Shown here: positions 1-13,900 of the stretch, one piece after another
How the letters are laid out: every line of letters starts with the position of its first letter
Position numbering within the stretch: the first letter of the stretch is position 1
Origin: Paraphysomonas bandaiensis
Taxonomy: Eukaryota; Protista; Chrysophyceae
DNA length: 64,000 nt
Reading direction: 5' to 3'
NCBI GenBank assembly: GCA_965644295.1
Contig: CBFFRP010000151.1
Location: 62,001-126,000, forward strand
Notes under the pieces: model-generated
Databases searched by the model: none
What the model saw: only the letters and a program-made list of their open reading frames with translations
Told to the model about the DNA's origin: nothing
Program-made: the position numbers and the translations under genes

Positions 1-3000
1 GCTGGTCATAAATTCGATGCGTTCAGAGAGAGTTCAATTCAACCAGCTGTGCATTCAGAATGTATCAAATGTTTGGCGCAAGAAAGCATACGCAGTGCTG
101 TTAGAAAACCACAAACGCTTTTCTGTTGATGAAATACCAGACCCAGCCTCTGAGGAGGCTAAATCACTGGATGTTTTTTGTGAAGCGATTAATTTCAACT
201 TGAATGCGATGGTCCCGTCACCTACTCCATTTGCAGATAGCATCACTCGTCGTGTTGAAGAGCATGCCTCCTTTATTCCAGAAGGCGCTCAACACGAAGT
301 CGTGAAGGGAGTACTGGATCTAATTGCTCTTTCAGGAGGTGGAAATGAGTTTGACGAGGAAGAAGATAAAGCTCGTCTGTTGGGAGCAGAAATGGTTCAG
401 GAGCAGGAGCAAGAGAGAGAACAGCAGCAAGAGCAGGAACAAGAACAGGAGATTGAGATTGAAAAATATGTGGATCTCGCCTACTCTAGAGACCATGAGG
501 AACAGATACCATGGCTATTTTCTTCTCTTGCTAGTCCAGTGTTTGCTCGGGAAGATGGGGGAAAATTAATTTCTACTGGACATCCGGAGCAGTTCTATCC
601 AGCTTCGTCCTTCAAATTGATTAAAAGAGAACCTCTGATGTTTCCCCATAATATGCTGGTCTCGAGTAACTACTTCAATCTGCGATGGTCGGGAGCTCGC
701 CGTATCAAGAATATTATCATGACTTTAGAATGGGTGCCGAAAGTAGAAAGTCTTCATCCTCGCGTGGTCTCTTTAGAGCCCCTTTCAGATTCGCAAGAAA
801 TTGCACTTATGACTGCACTCTCGTTGTTTGATACAGAAGGGAAAGGATCGCTCACTTTGTCGGAACTTACTCAGGTGTGGATATTTTTCTTACCTATACT
901 GTGATTGTTAATATTGCGTTATTGTTTCCTATTCATAGGTACTGAAGGCATCAGGGCATTATTCGGGCATGTCAAGTGGCTACCTTGAAGCCTTGTTGAA
1001 AGAATATGGGTATACCTATGACGAGTCCGGTGCCTCTTCTCTACATATATCTCTGGAGGTTATGCGTGATTTGCTCACGAAAGGTCGTCTCTCCCGTGTG
1101 CAAGAGGGACGTAGGGTGGTTGCCGTATCTCTAGCCGAGGCCGAGACAATCCGTCGCATTTTGCACTTAAAGAACGGGCATAATTTTAGTTCTATTTCTG
1201 CAGGTCTCTCATCTAGTGGCTGTAATAGCTGGAATATCGATGGGTCAAATGTTGCTGTTGCCCTGCGTTGTATATCTGCTGGTAACATTGTTACCGACAA
1301 ATCGACCAATTTCATAAGTGCCGAGGAGACCGGTGATTTCGATGGCGAAACTTATCCATATACTACACTATCAGCTTATGAATCCTTTAGGTTCCTCAAC
1401 TGCGATATGTTTTTCTCAGAGAAGTCTCTCAATATTCTTTTGCGTGCCTTACATTCGACCAGTAAACGGCAGCGTAAGCACTTTTTCAAGAACATTCTCA
1501 TGTGTCGTAGGCGAATGACGAAGAAGTGGAACACCTCCCCCATTGCTAAAGTATTCACTCTCTCAGATCAGTTTGGTATGCTCAAGCAGCGAGCACTATC
1601 AGCAAGCCTCGCAAGCGCCATAAAGCGCAGCGGTCTTTTGTTGTATGATGCTTTTTGCAAGTTCGATTATTCCCACAATGGGTTTTTGACTCCTGGAGAG
1701 GTGTGGGGCGGATTTGACTACCTGGGTATTGATATGACAGCTGCTGACGTGTTGGATTTCGTCAATGCGGCTGACAGTGATAGGGACGGTTTGCTTAGCT
1801 TCCGGGAGTTTGTAGATGTCCTTCAGGACCCTGATAAGGTTCAAGATATCGATGGTACTTTTTCTGTTGGTGGAGTAGTGAGTCCTTCAGGGATAGGTAG
1901 TAATTTGAAGTCGGAGGACAATGAAATGATGGATGATATTGCCATGGGCTCTCCGGCTATGCAACGACAAGTGTCATTGACCCCAGTGGTTCCAAAAGGG
2001 GAGGAGGAACTGCGGCAGATGCAAGCAGTTCAGAGAGCACAGGAAGAGGAAGAAGATATGGAAGCTGAGTCTGAGGAGGAAGCGCGAGAGAAGCGTATAA
2101 AGATGGAACTCGAGGTGTGAACAATTCCTTTTAAAGCTGCGACATTACTCTGCACAATGTGGACTATATACTGCTATCACGCACTACATTCCATAGAGTA
2201 TATTGTAACTATTTCGTGTGTAATACAGGCAGAAGAAGATGAGAAAGACCGTCAGCAGGAAGGGGGACGCAACCCTATGGTTAGTGACGACCTTATTAGA
2301 TTCAACTTTGGTACCGGTCGTCTGCCGAGGTATATGTATTTCTCCTTTTAGTGTTTTGGTATTCTCAATATCGTCTATATCAGACGGTTAAAGACGAAGG
2401 GAGATGTCAGTTACACTAACGACGAGATGATTGGATCATATCTCAAGGTATCAGGATCTGCTGTGACTAGCTATATATGTTCTGATTTTTGCAATTTCAA
2501 GGTTCACCCTGCCTCCAGCCTTATGCTTAGTATACCATTCCATGGAAATTGCGGCGGTCGTAGACTGAATCAGTACAGTATTACGATGGAGCTTCAGTGG
2601 ACTCGACCTTCTGGACAGCAGGATGCTATAGTAACGGCAGCAGACCTGGCTCGGTACGATCGTGATGACGAATTTCCGGAAGTAGAAACCAAAACCACTG
2701 AGGAATCATATTACTGGCCCATATTCTCATTGTCTCCCTCTCCTGAAATGTCCCACAGGACATCTATGAAGGTAAGTTTTGTGCTACTCCGTGTACGGTT
2801 TCTGTACGACCAGCTTAATGACGTTATGTAGGCCCATTTGTGGGCAGACCAAAAAGGTCGTCTGCACACTATGGATGGAATGTGCTCTGTGGTGACTAGT
2901 AGTGGAGGCAGCACATCGGCCCTGCAAAGTGGAAAATGGCATTTGCTGACTATAGTGGTGGACTGTGTATGCGGGGAGATGGAGGTGTACCTGGATGGTT

Positions 3001-3461
3001 CATGCGTACATTCTCGAGCAGGAGGGGGAGAACTCTCAGAAGCGGAGCGTTTGAAGCCTCCTGGTATAGATTGTATAGATGGCTTATACAGTTCAGGAGG
3101 GGAGGTATTCCTTTTCGGGGACAGTGCCAGAGTGATTTCTGCTAATTCTCCAGGTATGTCAACCGTTAGCTAATTTATATACAACTCAATTTATGTCATC
3201 ACAGATATAGCAGCAGCCAGCTCCTCGGGAGCGGGTTTGAGATATTTTTCGCTCCACCCACGTTGTCTTCATCAATCCGAGGTCGCCGAGCTCACTGCCA
3301 CGCTGAAGAGGGAGAGTCAAGCTGGGGTAGTGAATATGATATCCGAACACTTGCAGGCAATGGGTGTTGATGCGCAAATATCGCACTGGGCAGCCACGCA
3401 GTCAGAGGGGACTACTATTGATCAGAGAATCAACTCTGCTCTCAATTTAGTGTACAACTAA
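1..3461 (+). CDS. 3' part of a large multi-exon protein: DUF3638/DUF3645-like EQEQE segment, EF-hands and a C-terminal LamG/ConA-like region (5' end outside window)
   Basis: In-frame joins over GT-AG introns (875-938, 2115-2228, 2330-2383); EF-hand loops DYSHNGFLTPGE and DSDRDGLLSFRE; 'GKWHLLTIVVD...MEVYLDG' LamG-like; stop at 3459-3461. Confidence 0.75.
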
Positions 3462-4704
3462 TCAATTAGGCGGATGTAGAGTCAGTAACTGCACGGGACT
3501 ATATACAATGCGTGGGGAGTTTGTATTAGTGCTTGTTATAGTAAGTATCATTAGTTATATATCTGTAGAGGAGTCGGTTAAATTGGCCTTGATAGCTAAT
3601 TATGATACAGTATAATTATGATTGCTATTTCCTATAATTTTATGATAGATCAGTATTAATATGTGGCGCCCGGAGGAGTTAGAAACTGAATAATCAAATT
3701 TCAAGACGATTTCAAATACAGAGGGTTGGTTAATTCTGGCGCAACCTGTTTTACATCGCAAGCGCGTGAAGTAGCGCCCTATTTATAGCTGAAACTCGAA
3801 TGTAGAATATTACTATTATGGCAGGTAATAATGTAGGTTATGGGCAAATTCCAAGTGTTGCCCCAGTAGACAAAAGTATCACTCGTCGACTGCTTATCGC
3901 GCTTGCATTTATCATTAATATATATGCCTATCAACTAGACATTTCCGACGCATTTTGCTAAAAGTAAAATAAAAGGAGGTTGTTGAAGTATAAAACATCG
4001 CTTCCATAAATCATGATATATTACCATGCATACCACATACTCATATGTTGTACTTGTCTCTTATATCGTCACTGTACTGTTGTTAATCGTTAATACGATG
4101 GTCTAGCGCTATTTCAGTGTTTGTCAATTATAATTACAATTATCTCAGTGAGCCTGCTCTTTCAGTCTTTTTAGCTTACTATTTGGAGCAGATTTCTTCG
4201 TTTTACCTCCTTTCAACAATACCTATTCCCTTTTTGCGAAACTCCATTCAAGAGCTCACTATCTCAATGTCAACGCCTATTTGATAAATTTGAGAAGCTC
4301 CCTTCTTGGGATATCCCTCAATAACCGAATGACCCCCATGAATCGCCCCCTCCGTCTAGTGCTGCTTAAACACGAAGGTGAAAGCAGTGATAGAAATGAG
4401 AAACGACTTGGAACAGCTGTATACGAATTTGTACCTAAAAGGCGATGTGCTGTTCAATGAGATGTAGAATATGACTAGACCAAAATCTATGTAAAACAAC
4501 CATTGAAGAAGTGCACATGAGCTCGGCCAGAATGAAGTGAGTTTTTCGAACTACTTCCAACAGTTGAGTCTGAAATATATCCTATACCCTGGTCAACACA
4601 ATCGGTAGCGTTTTTATATTTCGTAATCGAGCCACCTCACATTCATTTGCATATATACGGCACTTTATTGGTCGATTTTCTGGTATATTATATATGGTAT
4701 AACG

Positions 4705-5912
4705 TTGAACAAATGGATTGAGGATTTTGAGATATTCCTCATGAGTAAGGAACAGAGTGAAGTAGCGGTGGAACCGCCACCTAATGAAAGCAACTTCGGG
4801 GAACAGCCACTCACGTTAATGGAAGAGAAGGTTTACAGACAGGCTGTGAAGAAGTACTGGAAGGCTGCTGAACGAATTACAGGAGCAGCAGCAAGACATA
4901 TCGGAGTTGTCTAAAATAACACGACTACGAGAAGGTTTGCTGAATGACGAAAATGCTCCTCTGAATGTTGCGTTATATTTAATGCCTGATGACGTGGATT
5001 ATGCAACGTTATCACGGAAAATCGAACGCTATGATGATACCATTCCCGGGAGATTAGCGTTAGAGCGGAAGCGCAAGAGAGTAGAGGAGTTGAACTTCAT
5101 CGAAAAGGGGAAACGGTCTCGAAAAGAACGTGATCAGCGCAAGAAGGGCAACTGTCAGTATTGCAGGAGGGAAGGAATCCCTCATAGCCGTTCTACAGAA
5201 CAGTACAGGAAAAAGCAGAGGAATATGAAAAAGGATGGAGATAGATCAGGGCAGTGTTCTGGCAGTGCTGAGTATACTGGATATAGGAATTGCAAGTCCA
5301 TGGAGCATCTTGCCGCTGATTGTCCGACGATGAAGAAGAGGAATTCTCGCAGAGGAGAGAACGGAAAGCGGGATTATGGTAGAAAACGGATACGAAGCTC
5401 CTAACAGTGGAAAATATCCGACGAGGAGAACCAGCGCTCATCATCAATGTTTTTAATGTACACTACATATATTCGTTTCATACATATTACATGGCATGTT
5501 GTACTCAGCATCATCAATCATGTTTTACTCCTCGTCCTCCGAGAAATCCGCTGGTTCTCCTCGTCGAATATTTTCCACTGTTAGGAGCTTCTTATCCGGT
5601 TTTCTACCATAATCGCGCTTTCCGTTCTCTCCTCTGCGAGAATTCTTCTTCTTCAACGTCGGACAATCAGCGGCAAGATGCTCCATGGATTTGCAATTCC
5701 TACATCCAGTATACTCAGCACTGCCAGGACGCTGCCCTGATATATCAGTATGTGCACACGATGAAGAGGATATTCTGGGGAACATAGTTAATTATAAGGC
5801 ACGGCTGGTAGCATTAGAAAATTTACAAGAGAGAACGGAGGAGGAGAAGTCCAACTTTGCTCCAGTGGTAAAAGCAATAAACATTAGACTGGTCTTAGCA
5901 ATTAAGTGTTAG
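4705..5912 (+). mobile_element. Degenerate Ty1/Copia retrotransposon relic (gag zinc knuckle + RT fragment)
   Basis: CRNCKSMEHLAADC CCHC knuckle (intact in the inverted copy); YKARLVA...NFAPVVKAINIRLVLAI is the typical Copia RT start; broken frames. Confidence 0.8.
5241..5745. repeat. Inverted duplication, ~195-bp arms (5241-5437 / 5549-5745), ~110-bp spacer
   Basis: Arms are diverged reverse complements; the same peptide appears in ORFs 4907-5404(+) and 5525-5785(-). Confidence 0.92.
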
Positions 5913-5949
5913 GTGCTTCTTCATTATTAGATTTTAACCAAACTTCCTT

Positions 5950-6400
5950 TTGTGGCAGAATTTGACCTTCTCTGTTACAGATCAGACGTATTAGGCATCT
6001 CTTCTATCTGGTTCAGCTCTGAGTCCAGACAACCGCTATCACTTAGCTCCTGATTAGCTTCTCTGAACATCTGATCCATGAATGGGTATAATTTTCCTGT
6101 GAGAGCCGGTAAACCTAGTATGATATCCTGACTCTTTATGTCTAAGATGAAAAACTCCCCACCAGTGTAAGTATATGGGTCCTAGCTCTCTTGTCCTCTA
6201 GTTTGAGAATCTATCTGACCACCTCATACAATCTGACTGTCCGCTAAAATCACTCGGCACTGAGTTTTCATGATGTCCTTGTCTTGAAGCCTACTTCGTA
6301 TCCTCTTCAGTAGTTCAGAGCTTACATAATTCGCAGACAAGGCTCCCGTGCCGCATAGAATATGAACTAATTCTTCGATTCATTCTTTTGTTCAAAACTA
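5950..6400 (-). mobile_element. Decayed Ty3/Gypsy-type aspartic protease fragment
   Basis: Manual minus-strand translation gives ILCGTGALSANYVS (decayed DTGA) and FFILDIKSQDIILGLPAL. Confidence 0.65.
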
Positions 6401-6437
6401 CTCTTCCTATTGCATGGCTACTTGATAATATTTTCTA

Positions 6438-8819
6438 TTAGATGTTCGAAAAACTCCTCTAGGAATGATTCCACTGAGTTAAAATTCTCTGTTCTTAATA
6501 ACCTCTTACTCGTATCCCTCATACAGGGTGGTATAAGACTCATCCAAACTTCCAGTGGTATAAGACTCATCCAAAATTCCAGTGATCCACCTCTTTTCGT
6601 TGTAATAGGTGGTATACTCAAGGTTAACTGATTCACCTTAGCTGCATCGACCAAAAAATCATACCTCTGTATATATTTTGTTTCCAGGATGCATATGTCT
6701 TCGTCCGCCTTTCTGAAGTCTTCCAACTTTTTCATGCTAACCCTGTACGATTTACAAGACTTGTAAAATAATTTATTGAACGACATTACATCCAAAGGTT
6801 TGAACAGACGTTTGACTGCATCAATTATGTGGGTTATTCTAGCATCGGTACATTCCAAATATGTAGGAAATTCAGTTGGATTCATCCGTCGCATGGTATG
6901 CCTAACCATGTCTCTTGCTCGGTCTTTCAACAAACTGTACACCGACGGTACTTCCCTATTACAATTTCGCTTCTCATACTCAGCTATTCAATTGGATTTT
7001 CAAATAAGAATTATTCTGTTGAGTCAATACAACCTGACTAGTCCTGTCTTCGTCGGCCTGTGCTTTAGCGCTTCTTGAATGCTTTGTCTCCTAACATTCA
7101 TTCTCCTAGGCTGCTCTTCCTCTCTCAATACTTGCGTTGCGTTGAGCACTGCCTGATAGACTGCGTCCTTGATTCTGGTCTGAAGTAGATCTGGGTCTAT
7201 GTATTGCTGTTCTTGAACTTGTTCTCCAGCTTGTTTTTCTTGCTGTTGAACTTCTTGAATTTGATTTGTTGCCGCTTCAGCAATCTGGGATATATCCCCT
7301 CCAAAATCTACTTCCGAATTAGCTGGAGTGGCTTGTCTTGAGGAACGTCGAGACTCCAACTGCTGCAATCTTTGTTCGAACATTTCGAAATGAAAATCGA
7401 TGGACTCAAAACGCTTATTCAGCTGCTCATTTTGCTCAGCAAACTGCTGCTGAAGAAACTCCATGATGTTTGGAACCTCTTCTTCTGAACTCATAGTCGA
7501 CAATATAAATAAACAATATTTCTTTCTATCCGACTAAAGTATTAATACTGTAATCTTTCTGATAAGAAAGTCCGTGTTTACAACGTTTTATGAATTTAAA
7601 GTGCTTCCCAAGCCGAGAATACACTGTCCAGATCACCAAACCGGTGTAACTGCCTCCTAACACAAGCAAACCGCGAGTATAGAATGAATTAAAATTACGT
7701 AAAAACAACGTGTAAAGAAAGTGAATAACAACGCTATTCAAAGTCACTATATTGTCGACTATGAGTTCAGAAGAAGAGGTTCCAAACATCATGGAGTTTC
7801 TTCAGCAGCAGTTTGCTGAGCAAAATGAGCAGCTGAATAAGCGTTTTGAGTCCATCGATTTTCATTTCGAAATGTTCGAACAAAGATTGCAGCAGTTGGA
7901 GTCTCGACGTTCCTCAAGACAAGCCACTCCAGCTAATTCGGAAGTAGATTTTGGAGGGGATATATCCCAGATTGCTGAAGCGGCAACAAATCAAATTCAA
8001 GAAGTTCAACAGCAAGAAAAACAAGCTGGAGAACAAGTTCAAGAACAGCAATACATAGACCCAGATCTACTTCAGACCAGAATCAAGGACGCAGTCTATC
8101 AGGCAGTGCTCAACGCAACGCAAGTATTGAGAGAGGAAGAGCAGCCTAGGAGAATGAATGTTAGGAGACAAAGCATTCAAGAAGCGCTAAAGCACAGGCC
8201 GACGAAGACAGGACTAGTCAGGTTGTATTGACTCAACAGAATAATTCTTATTTGAAAATCCAATTGAATAGCTGAGTATGAGAAGCGAAATTGTAATAGG
8301 GAAGTACCGTCGGTGTACAGTTTGTTGAAAGACCGAGCAAGAGACATGGTTAGGCATACCATGCGACGGATGAATCCAACTGAATTTCCTACATATTTGG
8401 AATGTACCGATGCTAGAATAACCCACATAATTGATGCAGTCAAACGTCTGTTCAAACCTTTGGATGTAATGTCGTTCAATAAATTATTTTACAAGTCTTG
8501 TAAATCGTACAGGGTTAGCATGAAAAAGTTGGAAGACTTCAGAAAGGCGGACGAAGACATATGCATCCTGGAAACAAAATATATATACAGAGGTATGATT
8601 TTTTGGTCGATGCAGCTAAGGTGAATCAGTTAACCTTGAGTATACCACCTATCACAACGAAAAGAGGTGGATCACTGGAATTTTGGATGAGTCTTATACC
8701 ACTGGAAGTTTGGATGAGTCTTATACCACCCTGTATGAGGGATACGAGTAAGAGGTTATTAAGAACAGAGAATTTTAACTCAGTGGAATCATTCCTAGAG
8801 GAGTTTTTCGAACATCTAA
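6438..8819. repeat. Near-perfect inverted duplication of Gypsy gag: arms 6438-7507 and 7748-8819, 240-bp spacer
   Basis: Identical 159-aa ORFs at 7024-7503(-) and 7752-8231(+); differences seen: a 2-bp AT indel near 8580 and one substitution near 8653. Confidence 0.97.
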
Positions 8820-9906
8820 GAGTAATGAGGGAGCTCTCTGAAAAGTTCCAACAATTCAAGGGCAGTTTTAATTTCCAAACAAAGCCACAATTGAATGCTG
8901 CAATATTGGCTATTATGGAGGAAGACGATTCCGATGATAATGAGAAACAAACCAAAGAAAGTAAAGTCGATGCAAAGGATGATGAGCTTAAAAGTACTCA
9001 TGAAGATGTGATGGCTGCGGAAACTTATAAAAAGAGCCCATGTTTTAAGGAAATGACTGTTGAATGAGGATGTAAAAGGACAAAACTTGTAGGTTTTCTC
9101 ACGAAAAGGAACTTCTGAAAGAAGCATTACGAGCCATGAATGCCAGGTTTGGAATTAAGGAGATGCCGACTAGGACTTCGCCTTGGCCTCAACAAAAGAC
9201 TCCGAAGGAAAGTGGTCCTTGGTATCAGAAGAAACTAGGACATGAGAAAGGTGATGTTCGAATGCTAGTACGTGAACAAGAGGACCAAGGGGACACGGAT
9301 CCCATCGATGATCTTTGATCTGGTTCCACATATCATGCTGCCCAGTTGTTTAAGATGTCTACCAGCAGATACTGGAGAGCGGCGCACAGAGAGAGGATAA
9401 TAATAAATAATGATGATGAAGAAATAGAAGTAGATGTAGCTTTATTTGACTCGGGTTCAAGCAATGACAATTTTATTTCTAAGGAGTATTTGGATGAAGT
9501 TGAAGAAAAATTAAAAAAGCATTTAGTGGAAAGACCAATTCGAGTCAGAGTAGCCAATGGGAAAGAGGTTCAGATAAAGGGATATGTTCCTGTAACAATG
9601 CAGTTTAAAGAATGCAAAAAGCTCTACAGTGCTAAGCTAAAGTTGTATATGTTGGATGGATTGACTAAAGAAGTTATAATCGGTTCGCCAGCTAAATGCG
9701 AGCACTTTGCAGAATTATTTTGTAAAATGGTTCACTCTACGAGTAATGCGAATTCGGGTGATGCTATAATGCATTTAAACTTGCTTGCTGGCGTGGAGCG
9801 TCAGATTAACTATTCGATAGATGATTTCAAAACTGACTATAACAAAATTACTAAAATTCCTACACGAGTGCCATGGGGGAAGCCTACTAGTCCAAATACT
9901 CCTTAG
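7761..9906 (+). mobile_element. Degenerate Ty3/Gypsy-like retrotransposon gag-protease, truncated before RT
   Basis: Coiled-coil gag-like N terminus, frameshifts/stops, protease motifs ALFDSGSSNDNFIS, VRVANG, EVIIGSP. Confidence 0.8.
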
Positions 9907-10941
9907 AAATAAAATTGTCATAACATTAATTTTGATTTCTTTTTGCTGTGTCATTTCAAAAAGAAAAGAGGGAAAACGGTAATGTAACACTGGGGGTTTA
10001 TGTACAAGTAGCGTAATAGCAAATTGTAGTAGCGAAATAAGGTATTCAGCAACAAGAAGAGAGTCAACAATACAAGATAATTATTTACGTGGAAAGTACA
10101 AGAATCTAGCCACGAGTCACAGAATTACAACATGCCATTATTCACACTGAAGTGCATACATGCGGCTATTCTAGGCAGTTATTAATATCATGTGAAGTCA
10201 TCCGGCTGCACCTGTTGCTCTATAAAGGAGAGGCAGTAGAGGCAATGGAGAGAGACTTAGGTAGCGTTAACGTGATGTGCACAATTCTCTCTGCATCATC
10301 CTCAGATAGCCAATACCTCTGTGAGTAGCATATTCATGATGGTGCTCTGAATATTGAGATGAGCAGGAGTTAGGACCGTTAAAGAGAGTATTATGGATTA
10401 TATACCTACTAATGTTCAGGATTTGTTGGCAGAGCAACAACGTGAGCTCATGGAGGAGCAGAAGCAGTGGGTCGAATTATATCCGTATAAGTCAGAACAC
10501 TATCACTGTCATCACTAAGTCTTAGGTTTGTGTTTTCTTCATTGAAGAAATTCATATTGCCCAGAATGTTCACATTAGTCACAACTTTCAAAATACTGTT
10601 ATTCACTTATACCTAAAATTTTCGAGCTAGTACTCATTTTTCATTATCTTGTCAAAGATGATACAAAGTATGAGAGAGAATGACAAAATATCAAAACGAA
10701 GTGCACTGGAAATAATATGAACTTGCCTTGGTTGCACCAAGGTGCTTGCAGCAATGCACAAGCAGTCCCGAGACAACTCAGTTTTTAGCAACTTTGATAC
10801 CACTAGTCTAAAGTCGTAGATAGCTAAGAACAAAGTAGTTCTCTCATGTAATAATCAGATCTTTATATATATGAACTTGCCATGTCTGGGACGTGCGGAC
10901 ACTATGCACAAAATTTTCACAAAAGTCGTATTTTACAGTTA

Positions 10942-13900
10942 CTACTTATATGCTAGAGGTATGACGTCACTGTTATATCTATATATATCAGCAACAGTAC
11001 TAATAATTTCTTTTGCTTTGGAAATAACTGTCTGTGATGTATTGTGGAAAATGGGCGAGTCGATGTGTTCATCATGCGCTAATTCTGGTGAAATTTGGCG
11101 GTCCGAGCTACATGAATGACAATTTAAAGTCATTTCATCCTCCAATACTTGAGGTTTCTCAACTGACTTATGCGGAGGGGGACTCGTTAAATCTTCTGTA
11201 CTTCCGGTCGTCGATATTTCCTCGGCCAATTCTCTAGTACCACCGTTTAAAATTTCTACTTCCGAGGCGTCTGCTTCGTAATCCAGTGATATTTCGTATC
11301 TGCGATATCGTCATAAATGAGAAGTAAAAGTATAAACACGCATCGGTTCACGAACACTACTAATGACAAAGTGACAGCAGAGAATAAGGTGCAAATATGT
11401 GCATATTGATGCAACAGTACCTTATAGCTTTTGATTTGAACCAAGAGTATGTGTTGTCAAATAACACCACGATCTCCTCGTAGGGAACAGTTACATCGAC
11501 AACACCAGAAGTAGCTAGGGATATGTCTCCATTGTCGGAACAGTCCTTCGCAGAGCGCACATGTATTCGCAAAGAACCTACTCTAGTCTCTCCAACAGGC
11601 CCAACCCGACTGCATACATCACATTAAATGACACTGTCATATCGCGTAACAAGTACCTATAGGGAATGATAAGGGGATATGATCCGTCTTTGCTTTTGCC
11701 AACAACAGAGAATCCAATGTCTACTTTGGAAGGTGTGGGTGTAGGAGCAGTTGGGCTTTGGGACTCATGTGCATTGCTTACAGATTCTGCATCGGCATCA
11801 AGGACAGTGAAATCCCACGAAAGTACGTACACGCCCTACGATACAATTTGATGATACAGATGAAACGAGATAGGCAATAATCTAATAAAGGTGCATACCT
11901 TCGATACCGGTGTACTCACAGGGCACCTGAAGTCACTAGAGGGGGAGATCTTAAGCAGAGCTGAACTAAAGACGATACGACCAGGACGAGTTCGCTGTGT
12001 TTGTAGGACCGGGGCTAATTCTCGCTGTGAAAGAGAAGTTTGTGTTGAGGAGATATGAAGTTGATTGAGAATTGATTCGCCGTCTATAACTGACGAAATG
12101 CTCTCGATATCCTTTTCCAAGAGATTCTTTCTTAGTAAGGATAAAGCCTGCGACCACGAAGACGAATCACCATCCTCAACGTCAACATTATCCAGTCCAA
12201 CACAGTCTAAGCGTGTGTTGCATACGCCGACGCCTGTATCTTTCATCCTGTTCAGTTCAGAAGCAGCATCTCTCTTGTGCTGCTCCCACTCTACCCACTG
12301 CCTTGTTAATCGCCGTCTCAGAACTGCCCCTACGGAAAGGGCTTCTCTAAGGACCATATGAGGGCCATTTAGTGCTGCAATCTGCTTCTCCAAGGAATGA
12401 ATTCTGTTCATGCTGCACTCATAGTCTTCTTGGAGCTTCGGTATGCGATGAGATATATTGTCCTCTGCGGAAATACAGTTATCATTGGATGGAGTACTCG
12501 CAACTTTAGTACTGTTGCTCAAGTGAATCGAATAGGACACCGTAACTGCAGCCCAGACAGCAGTGTTGGAGATACGAAGCATCCCTATACCCTTATTGGT
12601 AGGTATGGTATATGTACCCCTGAGTTCTTCCTGGGGCGACTCTCTTTTGTCAATGTTAGACAAACTACTTTCCAGCTTCAGGGGCTGATAAGAGCCGGAC
12701 GGAGAGCACAGATGAATTTTTATATAACTAAGAGATTCACTTCCTCTAATAGTCCAAGCAATGTCCACGAATTCACTCACGCGGATCTGTAGAGCGAAAT
12801 GCAATAAAAATAGAGCAAATAGGTTGACGAAAAATACGCACATTTGGTGGACTATTTTCGGGAAGGAGAGGCATGGGAACCGGAAGGGTGACTTCCCCAC
12901 CTGGAGGGATAGACATATCACTTGCCTCCCAATGCAAGTCGTGAGGTATATAAGACACATTTTCTCTGCTCTGCTTATTTTTCTCGGCAGATGAGTCAAG
13001 ATTAACATGCGATGGACTCCGGTTACCCGTATTTTCCTCAATAGCGCTGTCGATTGCCCTCTTTTCCCTCTCCAGTCTCTCTTTCAATTCCTGTCATATC
13101 CGAATTTATTCAACCATAAGTAATGCAAATCACTTTAAAATTCACCTCTAACATTCTTTCTAATTTAATTTTCTTTTTGAGTACGCGGTGATAAACATGC
13201 AGTAAGTTCCTGTCCCGTGCTGATTGTCCAATTAGAGCAATCGTATCATTGCACCCTCTAGGCGATTGAGGTGGAAGGAGTTTCCCCCTCTCCCCGGGAG
13301 AGTCACAAGACGTGTTGTGTGCGGCGTCAGCATCCTGTAGACGGGATAAACACAGAGTGTCGAAAGATGCAGTATTTTCCAGAAACAAGCTCATCAGCTC
13401 CTCTCTCGCCGCATTTGTCACGGTGGAGTTGTCGGCAACCCCATCTTCAGGACTCTCTAACATCGACTCCAGGCCAACAGCATCATCTAAGTGACTAAAT
13501 ATACGAACCAATGAGAATTAGACACTACAATTTGCGTAAATGTAATAGCACCTGATAGCATCTGATACCACTCTCCCAACTATATACTGTACAGCATCTT
13601 CACATCTGCAAGTCTTAATGTGCATAATATACAGTCAGTAAAAACTCATATTACATACATTTAACGTACCAGCTCCCAAAAGTAGTTTAAGTATCTCTGT
13701 GTTTCTGTCAACATACGAGACTGGTAATCGACGACGTAGGGAAGTCGCTGTGCCTTTGCCGCTAACTTACTGCGGGAATGCTCGCTCTTTTCTGCTTGGG
13801 TAACAATGTATTCTGCGAACCATACGCGGTAGGCTTAGCATATACTACTGAGCGCCTATTAAACTACCTACCAATTAGACTTCTATCCACAACAATCAAA

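Noticed and set aside
3664-3675. TGGCGCCCG as a retrotransposon primer-binding site
   Set aside because: No adjacent LTR end or partner LTR could be identified
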